Of a DNA stretch of 64,000 bases, positions 62,115 through 64,000 are shown one piece after another. The notes beneath the pieces were generated by a model that was not told the DNA's origin, ran no database searches, and saw only the letters and a program-made list of their open reading frames with translations. Source of the stretch: Chrysomallon squamiferum (taxonomy: Eukaryota > Animalia > Mollusca); assembly GCA_012295275.1 (NCBI GenBank), contig CM022674.1, positions 15,996,001-16,060,000 on the forward strand, in the 5' to 3' direction. Position 1 is the first letter of the stretch; the number at the start of each line of letters is the position of its first letter. Both the position numbers and the translations under genes were made by a program.

Positions 62115-63537
62115 CTCATACTAAATATAATTTTAACATGTTTCTGTGTACAGGTCAGAGTTCTGTTGCAGCGCCTCGCACTGCAGTGACCAGGTTTCTA
62201 TATTTATATCTAGCTATGACCTGTCCACGGAAATCTTTCAAAAACCAAACATTTTTATGTAAAAAAATAATCAACCAAAGATAATTTCTAACAAGACTAC
62301 TTTCTGTTTGACGCCATGTACTGTTCAATACTGCGATGAGAGATGTAAAAATAAACAAATAAATAAAAGATAATGAAAGAAAGAAAGAAAAAAAAATCAG
62401 ATAAATATATACCGAATCAATAAAAGATAAAAAGAATTACACTAGTGATTATTATGATGACGACAAGAACAATAATTATTATTGTAATTATTATTATTAT
62501 ACACAGACATGTCTGGTAGTAAAATAAAGGATATTTCTCTGCGGCACAAACGATTTTCGATATATAGTGATGTATACACCAATTTGCTCCTCGAAAAGAC
62601 AACATAATTAACCGACAATAACAAATCTAAAAAGAAACACTATATAAGAAATGAGAATAATAAGTAAGAAAAATAAAGGAACAAGATGTGATGTTCTATA
62701 TGTCTGATTTGTTTTAAGGAAAGCAATAGTACAGCATATATTAAATGACAATAAAATACAAAATACCTTCAAATTTCAAAATGGCCGACTACTTCTGTAT
62801 AATGCGTCTTGTTTGTGAGTGGTTTTCCTAGAACTGACGCCTTTCTGCTTGACAAGGTCACTGAAATAGTTTCTGTGTGTCGCCGTTTACTAAGTCGTCT
62901 GCTGATAATCACGTGATTGAAATCAGATATCGCACAAGTCACACCACGTATGGCGGTAGATACATACACTTTGTGCAAACCTATCATACAAAAAAAAAAA
63001 AAAAAAAAAAAATTATAATTTGTCATTACTAATTTTTTTTTGTAAACTATTTAGCTTTATTTCTCAGTCAATATATCGAGGAAAAGTTATCGTTAACAAG
63101 TGTCTGTTATGTAGGTGTCAGTTGTATTGGCGGCAAGAAACGATATACTATGATCGTGAAATATGCAATGTAATGGTGAATCAGAGTACACGGGACACTC
63201 ATTTATTTGTATGTGTTATGAGTCAGAGCGATCTAAACACAGGTGTGACAAATACCACCTTTATTTTATTTAGTATAACAAAAATAGCTTTGTTCAAATA
63301 CTAACACTTATACTCATCATTGTGGTAATATTGTTTGTTTATTTATTTATTTATTTATTTGTTTGTTTCACTTTTTAATTTATACGTTGGTATTTTTATT
63401 TATTTATTTATTTATTTTTTTTTTCTTCTTTTCTTTTCTTTTATTTGACTACAAATGATACAGTATAATATATAATACAGCTAAAACAAATTAATGTGTT
63501 AAAATACAGAAGTCTCCACAACATTAGTAAAAACCAC

Positions 63538-63602
<65 letters not shown>

Positions 63603-64000
63603 GAAGAAGAAGAATAAGAAGAAAAGAAGAAGAAGAAGAAGAAGAAGAAGAAGAAGAATTAACATGTTTTAGAGGTATTTGTTCATATAAATAAACATGT
63701 TTTAGACAAAACATATTTGATCACATAAATAAAAGTATATATTATTGTAAGAAACATACAAAAACAAAATAGAAAATAGATCATAACGAGAACATGTGTA
63801 TTACATTTTCACTAAACATATTACAAAATTCACATTTAACTGAATCTTTTTATACGATATAATACCAAATGTTTGTTATTAAGACAACTCATAAATTCTT
63901 GTACTGAAAGTATCTAAGCTCGGTGTTTATAGTTAGTTTCCCACCATTTGTCACAGAACTCTGTACCAAATTTATGGTTTTCTCTTTTCTTTTTTTTTTT

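Overview
AT-rich, microsatellite-dense animal (invertebrate, possibly molluscan; inference) genomic DNA with one 200-N scaffold gap (47216-47415). The window holds three intact two-coding-exon genes for BTB/POZ-BACK-PHR proteins of the BTBD1/2/3/6 family (Cullin-3 adaptor type): copy A (-, 8406-9946), copy B (+, 30368-31935) and copy C (-, 60328-61877). The BTB, BACK and intron sequences are nearly identical between copies, but three short loops of the C-terminal PHR domain are hypervariable, with whole-codon replacements and indels. This is the pattern expected of a diversifying substrate-recognition family, possibly immune. B and C lie in a ~16 kb inverted duplication (about 26000-42160 vs 47490-64000) around the gap, so they may be paralogs or retained haplotypes. 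The duplicated arms also carry intron-containing pseudogene fragments of DHX8/PRP22 and CAMSAP/Patronin. The BTB genes have a multi-promoter 5' UTR built from repeated related non-coding exons, rearranged differently in each copy. The rest is decayed LINE, Gypsy and hAT fragments, MITEs and simple repeats. Most short ORFs in the ORF track are microsatellite artefacts.
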